The notes: generated by a model from the sequence alone, not told the origin. Shown: positions 51,649 through 61,870, counted from the stretch's first letter. The stretch: 64,000 nucleotides of DNA from an uncultured beta proteobacterium (GCA_963844005.1 CAWJMQ010000023.1:156350-220349); one strand, 5' to 3'. Program-made: numbers and translations.

Positions 51649-53001
51649 TCAACCGCCGAACGCGGCTTCCATCTCCCGCCGAAATCTGACCGCGTCACCG
51701 GCGGCATCGACGTCGACGTCCTCCCAGCGCACCGCTTCATGCGCGGCAATATCGCGCGCGAGCGTCACGCCGTGCGCGAGGCCGAGCGGAAGACCACCCA
51801 AACGCAGCGAGTCAACCGCCGGCATCAACCTGCCGAACACCGTGTAGCCACCCTCGCCGTCGAGGACCTCGCCGGCCTTGAGAGCGCGTTTTGCGGTGGC
51901 AACGACGTCGCCGTGCCACGCGATCGGCACGCCTGTGGCCTCGCGGCGCAGCCCCACCGAAGCGACACTGATGCCGAGTTCGAGCCCGATGGCGTGAAAG
52001 GGCTTGTACATCGCCGAATACCGGCCCAAGGGGTCGGTCGAGAAGCCGTATTCGGCGAAACAGCGGCGCACGTAGTCCTCTCCTTCCGCGACGCCCGCGC
52101 GAAAGGTGACATAGACGCCCCAGCGAAGGTCGCGAAACACCGGACGGCCGTCGCGCTCCAGGCTCGAAATCACCTCCACCTGGCCCGCGTGGTGCAACTG
52201 CCCGCCCTCGTCGCGCGGTCGCAGCACGCGCGGCAGATCGTCGACGCCGCACGGGGGAAACGCGAGACCGCCGGGCGCGGGAGTGAGTCCGGTTGCGTTG
52301 GCAACGGCAGCCATTTCGATCGCGCTCTTCGTGCCGTCGAGGAACGAGTTGAACATCTGCGCGTTGAAATCGCCGGCCGCCACCCTTTCCGGCGTAAAAC
52401 CGTAATACGGCCACACGGTGTCCGGTGTCGACTCGTGGTATTCGGGCAGGTATTTCGTGCCCTTGCCCGCGGCGACCACCTCGAACCCGGCGGTGCGGCA
52501 CCAGTCGACCATCTCGCAGATCAGCGCCGGCTGGTCGCCGTACGCGAGCGAGTAGACGATGCCCGCCTCCCGCGCGCGCCGCGCGAGCAGCGGGCCCGCG
52601 AGCGCGTCGGCCTCGACGTTGACCATGATCACGTGCTTGCCCTCGTTGCAGCACGCAAGAACGTGGCGGATGCCCGCGGCCGGATTGCCGGTCGCGTCGA
52701 TGACGATCTCGACTTCCGGCGCGGCGATCAGCGCCTGCGCGTCGGCGGTGATGTGCGTAGCACCAGTTTTCGCGGCGGCCGCAAACGATTGCGCGGCGAA
52801 GCGCTGCGGCACCCAGCCGGTGCGGGCGAGCGAAGCCCTGGCGCGGTCCGGCGCGAGATCGGCGATCCCGACGACGTGTATGCCCGCGGTGTGCTTCGCC
52901 TGCGCAACGTACATCGAGCCGAACTTGCCGGCGCCGATAAGACCGACCCGGAGCGGACGACCTTCGGCGCCGCGGGCGACGAGCATGCGGTGTAGATTCA
53001 C
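51649..53001 (-). CDS. NAD(P)-binding oxidoreductase with C-terminal SAF domain (COG4091-like, homoserine dehydrogenase-like fold)
   Basis: 450-aa ORF (GTG at 53001; alternative ATG at 52986). Rossmann motif VGLIGAGKFG. Confidence 0.75.
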   Translation of the reverse strand: MNLHRMLVARGAEGRPLRVGLIGAGKFGSMYVAQAKHTAGIHVVGIADLAPDRARASLARTGWVPQRFAAQSFAAAAKTGATHITADAQALIAAPEVEIVIDATGNPAAGIRHVLACCNEGKHVIMVNVEADALAGPLLARRAREAGIVYSLAYGDQPALICEMVDWCRTAGFEVVAAGKGTKYLPEYHESTPDTVWPYYGFTPERVAAGDFNAQMFNSFLDGTKSAIEMAAVANATGLTPAPGGLAFPPCGVDDLPRVLRPRDEGGQLHHAGQVEVISSLERDGRPVFRDLRWGVYVTFRAGVAEGEDYVRRCFAEYGFSTDPLGRYSAMYKPFHAIGLELGISVASVGLRREATGVPIAWHGDVVATAKRALKAGEVLDGEGGYTVFGRLMPAVDSLRLGGLPLGLAHGVTLARDIAAHEAVRWEDVDVDAAGDAVRFRREMEAAFGG

Positions 53002-53008
53002 GCGGCGC

Positions 53009-53884
53009 TCAGCGCAGTGCCAGTGCGAGCCCGAGCGGCACGAACAGGACCGCCATCATGTTGCCGATCAGAACGATGGAAGCGACCTTCGCCGGCTCCT
53101 GCCCGTATTGCTCGGCGACCATGAAGTTGAGCACCGCGGGCGGCAGGCAACCGAAGATGATGAGAAGCCCCTGTTGCGTCGGGTCCAGGCGAAGGATGGG
53201 CGCGAGCAGGCCCGCCAGCGCTATTCCAGTGAGCGGGCACACGAGAGCGCCGATGACGCCGATGTGCCATTCGTCCCAGCGCGCTTCGGCGAGCCTAACA
53301 CCGAGCGATATCAGCATCAGCGGAATCGCCGCATCGCCGACCATCTTGATCGCGAGCATCAGCCAATCGGGCATCGGCGGGTGGGCGACGGCGAACAGAA
53401 GGCCGACGAACGTCGCGACCACCATCGGGTTCCGCAGCACCGGCCAGAAGGATGCGTGCCGGTTGACGATGTGGACGCCGAGCGTGAAATGCACGAGGTT
53501 CGAGACCGTGAAGAGCGTGACCATCGCCGAAAGCCCGGGCTGACCGAAGCCCAGGTACGCAAGCGGTAGTCCCATGTTGCCGCAATTGTTGAACATCATC
53601 GGCGGTACCCACGTCCGATAGTCCTGATGCAGGAGCTTCGCGAACGGCCACGCGAGAAGCCCCGAGCCCACGACCACGCCGAGGCTGCCCGCGATCAGCG
53701 GCACGTTGGCGGCGACGTCGAAGTCCTTGCTCGACAGCGCGGAAAAGACAAGCGCCGGTCCCAGCACCGTCATGTTCATCCGGTTCACCCACGTGAGATC
53801 CGGCTTCATCCGGAGCGCGTAGATCCACCCGAGCGCGATCACTGAAAACACCGGCAGGATGATGCCGAGGATGCGGACCAGCAT
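53009..53884 (-). CDS. AEC (auxin efflux carrier) family transporter
   Basis: 291-aa polytopic membrane ORF, 6 nt downstream of the hslU stop. Confidence 0.85.
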   Translation of the reverse strand: MLVRILGIILPVFSVIALGWIYALRMKPDLTWVNRMNMTVLGPALVFSALSSKDFDVAANVPLIAGSLGVVVGSGLLAWPFAKLLHQDYRTWVPPMMFNNCGNMGLPLAYLGFGQPGLSAMVTLFTVSNLVHFTLGVHIVNRHASFWPVLRNPMVVATFVGLLFAVAHPPMPDWLMLAIKMVGDAAIPLMLISLGVRLAEARWDEWHIGVIGALVCPLTGIALAGLLAPILRLDPTQQGLLIIFGCLPPAVLNFMVAEQYGQEPAKVASIVLIGNMMAVLFVPLGLALALR

Positions 53885-53890
53885 CGGATG

Positions 53891-55219
53891 TCAGAGGATG
53901 AAGCGGGCGAGGTTTTCGTCGCCGGCGATGTTCTTCAGCCTTTCGTCGACATACGCCGCGTCGATCGCGAACGATTCTCCGGTGTGCCGCGTCGCGTGGA
54001 ACGAGAGGTCGTCGAGCAGGCGCTCCATCACCGTGTAGAGCCGGCGGGCGCCGATGTTCTCCTGCTTCTCGTTGACCGCGAATGCTATCTCCGCGAGTCG
54101 CCGGATGCCGTCGGACCGGAAGTCGAGATGCACGTTTTCGGTGGAGAGGAGCGCCTCGTACTGGCGGACGAGGCAGGCGTCGGTCGCCGTCAGTATCTTC
54201 TCGAAATCGGCGACCGAGAGCGAAGCGAGTTCGACGCGAATCGGAAAGCGCCCCTGCAGCTCGGGGATCAGATCCGACGGCTTCGAAAAATGGAATGCGC
54301 CGGACGCGATGAACAGGATGTGGTCGGTGCGCACCATTCCGTACTTCGTCGTCACCGTCGTACCCTCGACGAGCGGCAAGAGGTCGCGCTGGACGCCCTG
54401 GCGCGAGACGTCGGCACCGTGGGTCTCCTGCCGGCTCGCGATCTTGTCGATCTCGTCCAGGAATACGATGCCGTTCTGCTCGACGGCGGCGAGCGCCTTC
54501 GCCTTGATTTCGTCGTCGTTGACGAGCTTCGCCGCCTCCTCGTCGGTCAGCGTCTTCAGCGCTTCCGCGACGGTCATCCGCTTGAGCTTGCGCCGCGCGC
54601 CGCCCATCTGCTGGAACATGCCCTGGATCTGGCTCGTGAGGTCTTCCATCCCCGGCGGAGCCAGCATCTCCATCGACGGCGCCAGCAGCGAAATCTCGAT
54701 CTCGACTTCCCTGTCGTCGAGCTTGCCTTCGCGCAGCAGCTTCCGGAACTTCTGCCGCGTCGTCGAATCCGTCGGCTGCATGTCCTTGATGTTGACCTCG
54801 CGTGCCGGGGGCAGCAGGACGTCGAGCAGCCGCTCCTCGGCGCCGTCGGCGGCGCGGTCGCGAACCTTGCGCGATTCCGATTCGCGCGTCTGCTTGATCG
54901 CGGCCTCGACGAGATCGCGGATGATCGTGTCGACGTCGCGGCCGACGTACCCCACCTCGGTGAACTTCGTCGCCTCGACCTTGATGAACGGCGCGTCGGC
55001 GAGCCGCGCCAGCCGTCGCGCGATTTCCGTCTTGCCCACGCCGGTCGGTCCGATCATCAGGATATTCTTCGGGGTGATCTCCTGCCGCAGGGGTTCCGGC
55101 ACCTGCTGGCGCCTCCACCGGTTGCGCAACGCGATGGCGACTGCGCGCTTCGCCGCATCCTGCCCGACGATGTGCTTGTCGAGTTCGGAAACAATTTCGG
55201 AGGGAGTCATGTGCGACAT
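53891..55219 (-). CDS. hslU: ATP-dependent protease ATPase subunit HslU
   Basis: Inside ORF 53891..55396, ATG at 55219. N-terminus [37 protein letters not shown] is nearly identical in pattern to E. coli HslU. Walker A GPTGVGKT, Walker B FLDEIDK. Confidence 0.95.
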   Translation of the reverse strand: MSHMTPSEIVSELDKHIVGQDAAKRAVAIALRNRWRRQQVPEPLRQEITPKNILMIGPTGVGKTEIARRLARLADAPFIKVEATKFTEVGYVGRDVDTIIRDLVEAAIKQTRESESRKVRDRAADGAEERLLDVLLPPAREVNIKDMQPTDSTTRQKFRKLLREGKLDDREVEIEISLLAPSMEMLAPPGMEDLTSQIQGMFQQMGGARRKLKRMTVAEALKTLTDEEAAKLVNDDEIKAKALAAVEQNGIVFLDEIDKIASRQETHGADVSRQGVQRDLLPLVEGTTVTTKYGMVRTDHILFIASGAFHFSKPSDLIPELQGRFPIRVELASLSVADFEKILTATDACLVRQYEALLSTENVHLDFRSDGIRRLAEIAFAVNEKQENIGARRLYTVMERLLDDLSFHATRHTGESFAIDAAYVDERLKNIAGDENLARFIL

Positions 55220-55256
55220 CGATGTCCTGCACGCGAGCAAAGCGACGGCCGCCGAC

Positions 55257-55286
55257 AACCGGGGACCGCTGCATTCTACCTTGCAG
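55257..55286 (-). promoter_or_regulatory. Weak sigma-32-like promoter candidate upstream of hslU
   Basis: The minus strand reads CTGCAAG-N15-CCCCGGTT (consensus CTTGAAA-N13-15-CCCCATNT), ending 37 nt before the hslU ATG. The match is partial. Confidence 0.25.
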
Positions 55287-55486
55287 CCAGCGTTCGCTAC
55301 CGGCGGCGAAGCTCCTTGCATTCGCGATGCCGCGACGCCGAGCCTGCGGCCGAGTCGATTCATTTCCCCGCGCGATCTGGCCACTGCGTCGGGCATCGCT
55401 TATCATGCCGTGCGTCTCGCCACGAAAACGAGATCCCGCGCGCGGCGCGGGGCCGGCGGATGCGCGAACCTTCGGGAGGAGGCAAT

Positions 55487-56003
55487 ATGAAACACGCACT
55501 CCGGTTCATGGCGATCGGTGCGTTGGTCGCGGGATGCGCAACGATGGCACCCTCGGGTCCTTCGGCAGTCGCCGATCTCGCGGCGACGACGGGCAACGCC
55601 GTCACCGGCAACGTGACGTTCACGCAAAAGGGCGACAAGGTCGTCGTCGTCGCCAAGGTGACCGGGCTCGCGCCAGGCAGCCACGGCTTTCACATTCACG
55701 AGAAGGGTGATTGCAGTTCCGGTGACGGGATGAGCGCTGGCGGGCATTTCAATCCGCTCGGCAGGCCGCACGCGCATCCGTCGACGTCGGACCGGCATGC
55801 CGGCGACATGCCGATGCTGGTCGCGGATTCGTCCGGTAACGCCTCGCTCACTCGCCGAACTCGACGTGATCACGGTCGGCGGTGGTGTCGCGGATGTGAT
55901 CGGCAAGGGCGTGATCGTTCACAAGGACGCGGACGATTTCAAGACGCAGCCGACCGGCAACTCCGGCGCGCGGGTTGCCTGTGGCGTCGTTCGCAAGTCC
56001 TGA
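55487..56003 (+). pseudogene. sodC: Cu,Zn superoxide dismutase (SodC) lipoprotein gene with a frameshift near 55850
   Basis: ATG at 55487 follows GGGAGGAGG. Lipobox LVAGC. Metal ligands are intact up to HAGDMPML. The frame is lost after ...SGNASL (a55850). The C-terminus continues in the frame of ORF 55797..56003 (LAELDVITVGGG...KGVIVHKDADDFKTQPTGNSGARVACGVV). Confidence 0.8.
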
Positions 56004-56033
56004 TCGGGCTCGTCTGCCCAACGGGACGCGTCG

Positions 56034-56592
56034 ATGTGCCCTTGCGCACGCGTCGGAACGACGCCCCTTCGGTTCTGTCGGGGTGACTTCCGCCTGGCGT
56101 TGGCGTTGCGCTTGCCGGCGGCCTCGCGGCGTGCAAGACGACCGATGAAGCCCCTTCGCCGAAGCCGAAGCCTGATCTCGTCGCTCGTCTTCGGTCCACG
56201 GGCGGCAGCGCCATCACCGGCACGGTGCGATTTCACGCGGTCGAGGGGGGTGCCTTTGTCATGGTCGAAGCGATGACCGGGACATCCGGTCAGTGGCGGG
56301 CAGTGATTCACACCACCGGGATCTGTAACTCGATGAACGGATTTTCCGCGGGGCCGCCGATGGTGCTCGCAGGGTTTTCGGCGCCGATAGAGGTCCCGCT
56401 CATGACGACCGCCGAATTGGGGGCGCAACCGTGCTGCGCGTCGTCGGCCTCGCGCTCGACGGCCCCGCCGGCATCGTCGGCAAATCGATCGTGCTCCATG
56501 CAGGAGCGTTCGGCCCGCTCGATGCGCAGCCCGGCGTCCCGAACAATCGCGTAGCCTGCGGCGTCATCGTAACGTCTGACCCCATTTTCTGA
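56034..56592 (+). pseudogene. Second, divergent SodC-like lipoprotein gene with degenerate metal ligands and at least two frame disruptions
   Basis: The body in the frame from 56087 encodes LAGGLAAC (lipobox) ...TGTVRFHAVEGGAFVMVEAMTG...AVIHTTGICNS...SAGPPM. The C-terminus (IVGKSIVLHAG...NNRVACGVIV) lies in another frame after the G5 run at 56419-56423. A TGA at 56084-56086 closes the body frame upstream, and no canonical start follows it. Confidence 0.55.
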
Positions 56593-56643
56593 TCGCGTGC
56601 CGCCCCTGCTGCGACGCAGTTCAATGCTATCTTCGGAGTCACG

Positions 56644-57432
56644 ATGGGCTTTCTCGCCGGCAAGAAGATCCTGATCACAGGCGTCCTCTCCAACCGCTCG
56701 ATCGCATACGGCGTTGCGCGCGCGTGCCACCGCGAAGGGGCGACCCTCGCATTCACCTACGTCAACGACGATCTCAAGGACCGTGTCGTCCGCATCGCGT
56801 CCGAGTTCGGCACAGTGCCGGTGCTGCCCTGCGATGTAACGAAGGACGAGGATGTGGACACGCTGTTCGCGTCGCTCGCGGCCGAGTGGGGCACGATCGA
56901 CGGACTGCTGCACGCGATCGCGTTCGCGCCGCGCGAGGCACTCGCCGGGGATTTTCTGAACGGGATGTCGCGCGCGGCCTTCGCGACGGCGCACGACGTC
57001 AGCTCGTACAGCCTTGCAGCGCTGGCGAAGGGGGCGCGTCCGCTCCTTCAGGGGCGCCGTGCCGCGCTCGTGACGCTCACCTATCTCGGCGCGCTGCGCG
57101 CGCTGCCCAATTACAACGTGATGGGACTCGCGAAGGCGAGCCTCGAGGCCAACGTCCGTTACCTCGCGTCGTGCCTCGGCCCCGAGGGAATCCGTGTCAA
57201 CGGCATCTCCGCGGGCCCGATCAAGACGCTTGCTGCCGCAGGGATCGGCGGCTTCTCGAAGATCCAGCGCTTCGTGGAGAAAAACGCGCCGCTGCGCCGC
57301 AACGTCACGGTCGACGAGGTCGGCAACGTCGCGGCTTTCCTGCTGTCGGATCTCGCGAGCGGAATCACTGGCGAGATCACGTATGTCGACTGCGGGTTCT
57401 CGATCGTCGCCGCGGGAATGAACGACGACTGA
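56644..57432 (+). CDS. fabI: Enoyl-[acyl-carrier-protein] reductase (NADH)
   Basis: 262-aa ORF. N-terminus MGFLAGKKILITGV..SIAYG and the catalytic Y-x6-K region (YNVMGLAKASLEA). Confidence 0.92.
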   Translation: MGFLAGKKILITGVLSNRSIAYGVARACHREGATLAFTYVNDDLKDRVVRIASEFGTVPVLPCDVTKDEDVDTLFASLAAEWGTIDGLLHAIAFAPREALAGDFLNGMSRAAFATAHDVSSYSLAALAKGARPLLQGRRAALVTLTYLGALRALPNYNVMGLAKASLEANVRYLASCLGPEGIRVNGISAGPIKTLAAAGIGGFSKIQRFVEKNAPLRRNVTVDEVGNVAAFLLSDLASGITGEITYVDCGFSIVAAGMNDD

Positions 57433-57477
57433 CTTTCGCCGGAAACGCGCCACCCGAGGCGCTCCCGGCCCGATGCG

Positions 57478-59094
57478 ATGACCGCAGGACCCAAGCGTTA
57501 CGATGCCGTCATCATCGGCGGAGGCCACAATGGCCTGACGTGCGCCGCCTATCTCGCCGGCGCCGGGCTCACCGTCTGCGTGCTCGAGCGCCGCGCGGTA
57601 CTCGGGGGTGCCGCAGTGACCGAGGAATTTCACCCAGGGTTCCGCAACTCGACCGCCAGCTACACGGTGAGCCTGCTCAACCCGAAGGTGATTCGCGATC
57701 TCAAGCTTGCGCAGAACGGACTCTCGATCATCGAGCGGCCGTTCGCGAATTTCCTGCCGTTGCCGGATGGCGGCTTTCTGAAGGTCGGCGGCGGGCTCGA
57801 AGCGACGCAGGCGGAGGTCGCGAAGTATTCGCGCGACGACGCACTGCGCCTGCCCGAATACTACGCGATGCTCGATCGCGTCGCCGACGTGTTGCGCGAA
57901 CTCGTCCTTGCGACCCCGCCAAACGTCGGCGGAGGCGTCGCCGCGATGCTCGACGCGTGGAAAGTCGCGAAGCGCTTCCGTTCCCTGGGTCTCGCGGGGC
58001 AGCGCGATGTCCTCGATCTCTTCACGAAGAGCGCGGGTGAGGTGCTCGATCGCCGGTTCGAGTCCGGTCCGATCAAGGCGGCGCTTGGATTCGATGCGGT
58101 GGTCGGCAATTTCGCGAGTCCGTATTCGCCGGGGTCCGCCTACGTGCTGCTCCACCACGTTTTCGGCGAAGTGAACGGAAAGCGTGGCCAGTGGGGCCAT
58201 GCGCGCGGCGGCATGGGCTCGATCACCGGCGCAATGGCGCGGGAATGCGCGGCGCGAGGTGTCACGCTGTGCACGGATGCCGCGGTCCGGCGCGTGATCG
58301 TCGAGGACGGACGCGCCGCAGGTGTCGAACTCGAGAGCGGCGAAGTCGTTTCGGCCAAGCGCGTGGTCGCCAACGTCAATCCCAGGCTCCTGTTCGAGCG
58401 CCTGGTCGCGCCCGAACACCTGCCTGCCGACTTCCGCGCGCGCATCGCCGGCTACCGATGCGGATCCGGAACCCTCCGGATGAACGTCGCCCTGTCGGAG
58501 CTTCCCGACTTCACCGTGTTGCCGGGGAAAGCTGCGCAACCGCACCACGCCAGTGGCATCGTCATCGCGCCGTCGCTCGCGTACATGGAGCGCGCGTATT
58601 TCGACGCCAAGACCATGGGCTGGTCGGCCGCGCCGATCGTGGAGATGCTGATTCCGTCGGTTGTCGACGACTTGCTCGCGCCTCCTGGAATGCACGTCGC
58701 GAGCCTCTTCTGCCAGCACGTACATCCGGACCTGCCCAAGGTCGCGCCGGGACGCACGTGGGATGACGTACGCGACGAGGTGGCGGACCTGGTGATCGAT
58801 ACGGTCGACCGCGTCGCCCCCAATTTCAAGGCGAGCGTGGTGGGCCGCCGCGCATTGACGCCGCTCGATCTCGAGCGCGAATTCGGCCTCGTCGGCGGCG
58901 ACATCTTCCACGGCGCACTTGCGCTCGACCAGCTATTCTCGGCGCGGCCGGTCCTTGGCCACGGAAACTACCGGACACCGCTTCGGGGCCTCTACATTTG
59001 CGGTGCGGGTGCGCATCCGGGCGGCGGCGTCACCGGCGCTCCCGGCCACAACGCGGCGCGCGAAATCCTGAAGGACGTGCGGCGGCGGTCCTAA
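57478..59094 (+). CDS. NAD(P)/FAD-dependent oxidoreductase, phytoene desaturase (CrtI) family
   Basis: 538-aa ORF. Dinucleotide-binding motif VIIGGGHNGL and the C-terminal GAGAHPGGGV motif. Confidence 0.8.
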   Translation: MTAGPKRYDAVIIGGGHNGLTCAAYLAGAGLTVCVLERRAVLGGAAVTEEFHPGFRNSTASYTVSLLNPKVIRDLKLAQNGLSIIERPFANFLPLPDGGFLKVGGGLEATQAEVAKYSRDDALRLPEYYAMLDRVADVLRELVLATPPNVGGGVAAMLDAWKVAKRFRSLGLAGQRDVLDLFTKSAGEVLDRRFESGPIKAALGFDAVVGNFASPYSPGSAYVLLHHVFGEVNGKRGQWGHARGGMGSITGAMARECAARGVTLCTDAAVRRVIVEDGRAAGVELESGEVVSAKRVVANVNPRLLFERLVAPEHLPADFRARIAGYRCGSGTLRMNVALSELPDFTVLPGKAAQPHHASGIVIAPSLAYMERAYFDAKTMGWSAAPIVEMLIPSVVDDLLAPPGMHVASLFCQHVHPDLPKVAPGRTWDDVRDEVADLVIDTVDRVAPNFKASVVGRRALTPLDLEREFGLVGGDIFHGALALDQLFSARPVLGHGNYRTPLRGLYICGAGAHPGGGVTGAPGHNAAREILKDVRRRS

Positions 59095-59239
59095 TGAAGA
59101 GATCGTGGAGCCGCGGGACATCCACCGGGCCTAAAGTCCGCAGTCGCGGGTGCGTATGTCGTGGGGACGCGGCGATACGCGGTGGGCTTAAGGTCCGCCA
59201 TCGCCCGCCTTCCGGCCAATTGCCAAGAACCGAAAAAAT

Positions 59240-59579
59240 CCGAAGTCAGCCGATAAGCCGGGTTCTGTTACGGCGCTTGCGCGCTATGGCCGTCATTCCT
59301 CTAGGCACACCGTTGCCGGTGTGCTCGAGCCACCTACCCGCGGACTCGGCGAGCAGCGTCATCGTCCGCCTACTTGGTGTTGCTCCGGATGGAGGTTGCC
59401 GCGTTTCACCCGTCGCGGTTTGACCCGCGGCGACTCGTCTCTGTGGCCCTGTTCCTCGCCTTCGTCAACCGTGCTAACGGCGACTTATCGCGGCCGGGCG
59501 TTACCCGGCATCCCGCTCTGCGGAGCCCGGACTTTCCTCCCCCCGGTTAGCCGGGCGGCGACGGTCTGGCTGGCTTCGG
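59240..59579 (-). ncRNA. rnpB: RNase P RNA, bacterial type A
   Basis: The minus strand reads CCGAAGCCAGCC...GGAGGAAAGUCCGGGCUCC...GGGUAACGCC...AGAGGAAUGAC...ACAGAACCCGGCUUAUCGGCUGACUUCGG. The universally conserved type-A blocks are present. The 12-bp P1 helix between the 5' and 3' ends has 1 mismatch. A U-run follows the 3' end. Confidence 0.9.
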
Positions 59580-59620
59580 ACGGCAAGGATAGCGCAATTG
59601 GGGTCGGCGGGGTCGGACGA

Positions 59621-60658
59621 TCAACTGACTCGCCAATGCACGGTTTCGCCCGCGCGCAGCGGCACGACACCATGCTCGCCATAGGGGTACACGTCAGGCA
59701 CCGTCCACGATTCGCGCTGCAACGTCACTTTATCGGCATTCCGTGGCAGGCCGTAGAAATCGGCGCCGAAATGGCTGGCGAAGGCTTCGAGCCTCGGGAG
59801 CGCCGCGGCCGCGTCGAAGACCTCGGCGTAGAGGGGGAGCGCCACAGGCGCCGAATAGCAGCCCGCGCAGCCGCAAGCGTTTTCCTTCGTGTGCCTTGCG
59901 TGTGGCGCCGAGTCGGTGCCAAGGAAGAATTTCGGACTGCCGGAAGTCGCGGCCTTCACCAGTGCCTGGCGATGTGCCTCGCGTTTGAGAATGGGTAGGC
60001 AGTAGTAATGTGGCCGAACGCCGCCCGCGAAAAGCGCATTGCGCGAGTACAGGAGGTGCTGCGGCGTGATGGTCGCGGCGACGTTGGGCGGGGCCGCCGC
60101 GACGAACGCGACCGCCTCCTCCGTCGTGACGTGCTCGAGCACGATCTTGAGCCCCGGGAAGTCGCGCACGATCGCAGCAAGCGAGCGCTCGACGAACACG
60201 CGCTCGCGATCGAAGATGTCGACCGCGCGGTCCGTGGTTTCGCCGTGCAGCGACAGCACCAGCCCATTCCTTTCCATTGCTGCTAGCGCCGGATATGCGC
60301 GCTCGAGCGCCGTGACGCCCGAGGCGGAATTCGTGGTGGCTCCTGCCGGATAGTATTTGACGGCGTGGACGACGCCGCTCCCCTTCGCCTTCGCGATTTC
60401 GGCAGGCTCCGTGTTGTCGGTGAGATACAGGGTCATCAGAGGCTCGAAGCGGGAGCCACTCGGGAGCGCACCGCATATCCGCTCCCGGTAGCGGAGCGCG
60501 GCCTCCGTCGTCGTCACCGGCGGAGCGAGGTTGGGCATGATGATTGCTCGCCGGAAGACGTCGGCAGTAGCGGCGATGACCGCGGCCATGGCTCGACCAT
60601 CGCGCAGATGCAGGTGCCAGTCATCCGGGCGGGCGAGCGTTATTGAAAGGTTGGGCAT
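59621..60658 (-). CDS. pyrC: Dihydroorotase (class II, E. coli PyrC type)
   Basis: Inside ORF 59621..60757, ATG at 60658. Motifs [21 protein letters not shown] and GTDSAPH. Confidence 0.92.
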   Translation of the reverse strand: MPNLSITLARPDDWHLHLRDGRAMAAVIAATADVFRRAIIMPNLAPPVTTTEAALRYRERICGALPSGSRFEPLMTLYLTDNTEPAEIAKAKGSGVVHAVKYYPAGATTNSASGVTALERAYPALAAMERNGLVLSLHGETTDRAVDIFDRERVFVERSLAAIVRDFPGLKIVLEHVTTEEAVAFVAAAPPNVAATITPQHLLYSRNALFAGGVRPHYYCLPILKREAHRQALVKAATSGSPKFFLGTDSAPHARHTKENACGCAGCYSAPVALPLYAEVFDAAAALPRLEAFASHFGADFYGLPRNADKVTLQRESWTVPDVYPYGEHGVVPLRAGETVHWRVS

Positions 60659-60880
60659 AGGAAGGCCTTGTTTCTTCACGATTATACGTTCGGGCATCCG
60701 AACGGGTGGGCCGGTCGCTTCGTGGCGCTGCGATGAGTGGCGGGGTACGTGGCGCACGGGATATAATGATTGGTTTAGCGCGGGCGAGGTCGGGAGCGGA
60801 CGGCATTGGGAGATGCGCGGCGCACCGGTTCCGCGGCAATCGCCGTACCGCGCAGGCGGACGAAGGGGCTAGAGGTCAGC

Positions 60881-61336
60881 ATGGCAGCGAAGCAAGCAAC
60901 CGCAAGCGCGACGGTCGCCAAGAAAGTCAAAGTCCTCACCGAGGAGGACCTGCTCAAGGCGCCCGAAAAGGACTACATGAACGAGGCGCAACTCGCCTTC
61001 TTCAGGCGGCGTCTGGTGGAGCTGCGGGATCAGCTACTCCAGAACGCCGACAATACCGGCGAGCATCTGCGCGAGAACGAAACCACGACCGATCCGTCGG
61101 ACCGTGCGACTCTCGAAGAGGAGTACACGCTCGAACTGCGGACTCGCGATCGCGAACGCAAGCTGCTGAAGAAGGTCGAGAAGTCGATCAAGCTGATCGA
61201 CGACGGCAACTACGGCTATTGCGAGGAGACGGGCGAGCCCATAGGCATCCCGCGGCTCCTCGCGCGACCGACCGCGACGCTTTCGCTCGAGGCGCAGGAG
61301 CGCCGCGAGCGCGTGCAAAAACTCTACGGTGACTGA
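60881..61336 (+). CDS. dksA: RNA polymerase-binding transcription factor DksA (Cys4 zinc finger largely replaced)
   Basis: Inside ORF 60806..61336, ATG at 60881. Coiled-coil DxxDxA tip region (DPSDRATLEEE). The finger region reads YCEETG...LSLEAQ, so only 1 of the 4 canonical Cys is present. Confidence 0.92.
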   Translation: MAAKQATASATVAKKVKVLTEEDLLKAPEKDYMNEAQLAFFRRRLVELRDQLLQNADNTGEHLRENETTTDPSDRATLEEEYTLELRTRDRERKLLKKVEKSIKLIDDGNYGYCEETGEPIGIPRLLARPTATLSLEAQERRERVQKLYGD

Positions 61337-61342
61337 CTGACG

Positions 61343-61359
61343 GACGCCCGCGCGGCGTC
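61343..61359. terminator. Hairpin between convergent dksA and the membrane-protein gene
   Basis: GACGCC-CGCGC-GGCGTC: a 6-bp GC stem, 7 nt after the dksA stop. No U-run. Confidence 0.35.
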
Positions 61360-61364
61360 AGCAG

Positions 61365-61856
61365 CTACAAGCCAAAGAGAGCGCGGTGCGACCACCCACC
61401 GGCCATGAAGAACAGCATCGGGATCGACAGTGCCATGTTGGTCCTCGATGCGAGCAGTGCGACACGCCGCGCCTTGTTCTTCTCTTCGTCGGATGCCGGT
61501 TTCATCCCGAGGATCTTCTGCTGGTTCGGCCAGATCAGCGCCCACACGTTGATCAGCATGATCGTGCCGAGCCACGCGCCGATGCCGATCCCGGCGAGTC
61601 CTTTCGAAAGCGTGAAGGCGCCGACGAAGTTGCCTCCCAAGAGCGCGGCGCCTGCGAGCCAGGTCACGACCGCGGACCAACGAAAGTAGAGCAGAGCGCG
61701 CGGGGCGACATGCTTGGTGATCCCGGCAGCTGTGCCGTCGGCGGCCGCGGCCTTGAGCGCCGGGACCTGGACGAAATTGAAATAGTAGAGCAGGCCGATC
61801 CACATGACACCGGCCAGGAAGTGCAGCCACCTTGCAAGTGCGGGTACGAGATCCAT
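61365..61856 (-). CDS. Integral membrane protein resembling the membrane domain of urate hydroxylase PuuD-family proteins
   Basis: Inside ORF 61365..61943. The ATG at 61856 follows AGGGAGG. Motif LHFLAGVMWIGLLYYFNFVQ. Four TM helices and no cytochrome c domain. Confidence 0.65.
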   Translation of the reverse strand: MDLVPALARWLHFLAGVMWIGLLYYFNFVQVPALKAAAADGTAAGITKHVAPRALLYFRWSAVVTWLAGAALLGGNFVGAFTLSKGLAGIGIGAWLGTIMLINVWALIWPNQQKILGMKPASDEEKNKARRVALLASRTNMALSIPMLFFMAGGWSHRALFGL

Positions 61857-61870
61857 GTCCGTTGCCTCCC

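Noticed and set aside
56308-58911. 867-aa minus-strand ORF
   Set aside because: It is antisense to fabI and the CrtI-family oxidoreductase and has no motifs. The same reasoning applies to 53295..55499 (-) and 53888..56086 (+), which overlap hslU and sodC, and to 22198..24138 (-), which overlaps the YdiJ-like gene.
59124-59207. Two similar ~27-nt segments (ACCGGGCCTAAAGTCCGCAGTCGCGGG and GGTGGGCTTAAGGTCCGCCATCGCCCG) downstream of rnpB, considered as REP elements
   Set aside because: Identity is only about 75%, there are just two copies in the window, and there is no clear hairpin pairing between them. That is insufficient to call a repeat family.
60659-60880. Zur box or other shared operator in the pyrC-dksA divergent region
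   Set aside because: There are only AT-rich patches (ACGATTATACGT, and GATATAATGA, which contains a TATAAT). I found no convincing palindrome of the Zur type.
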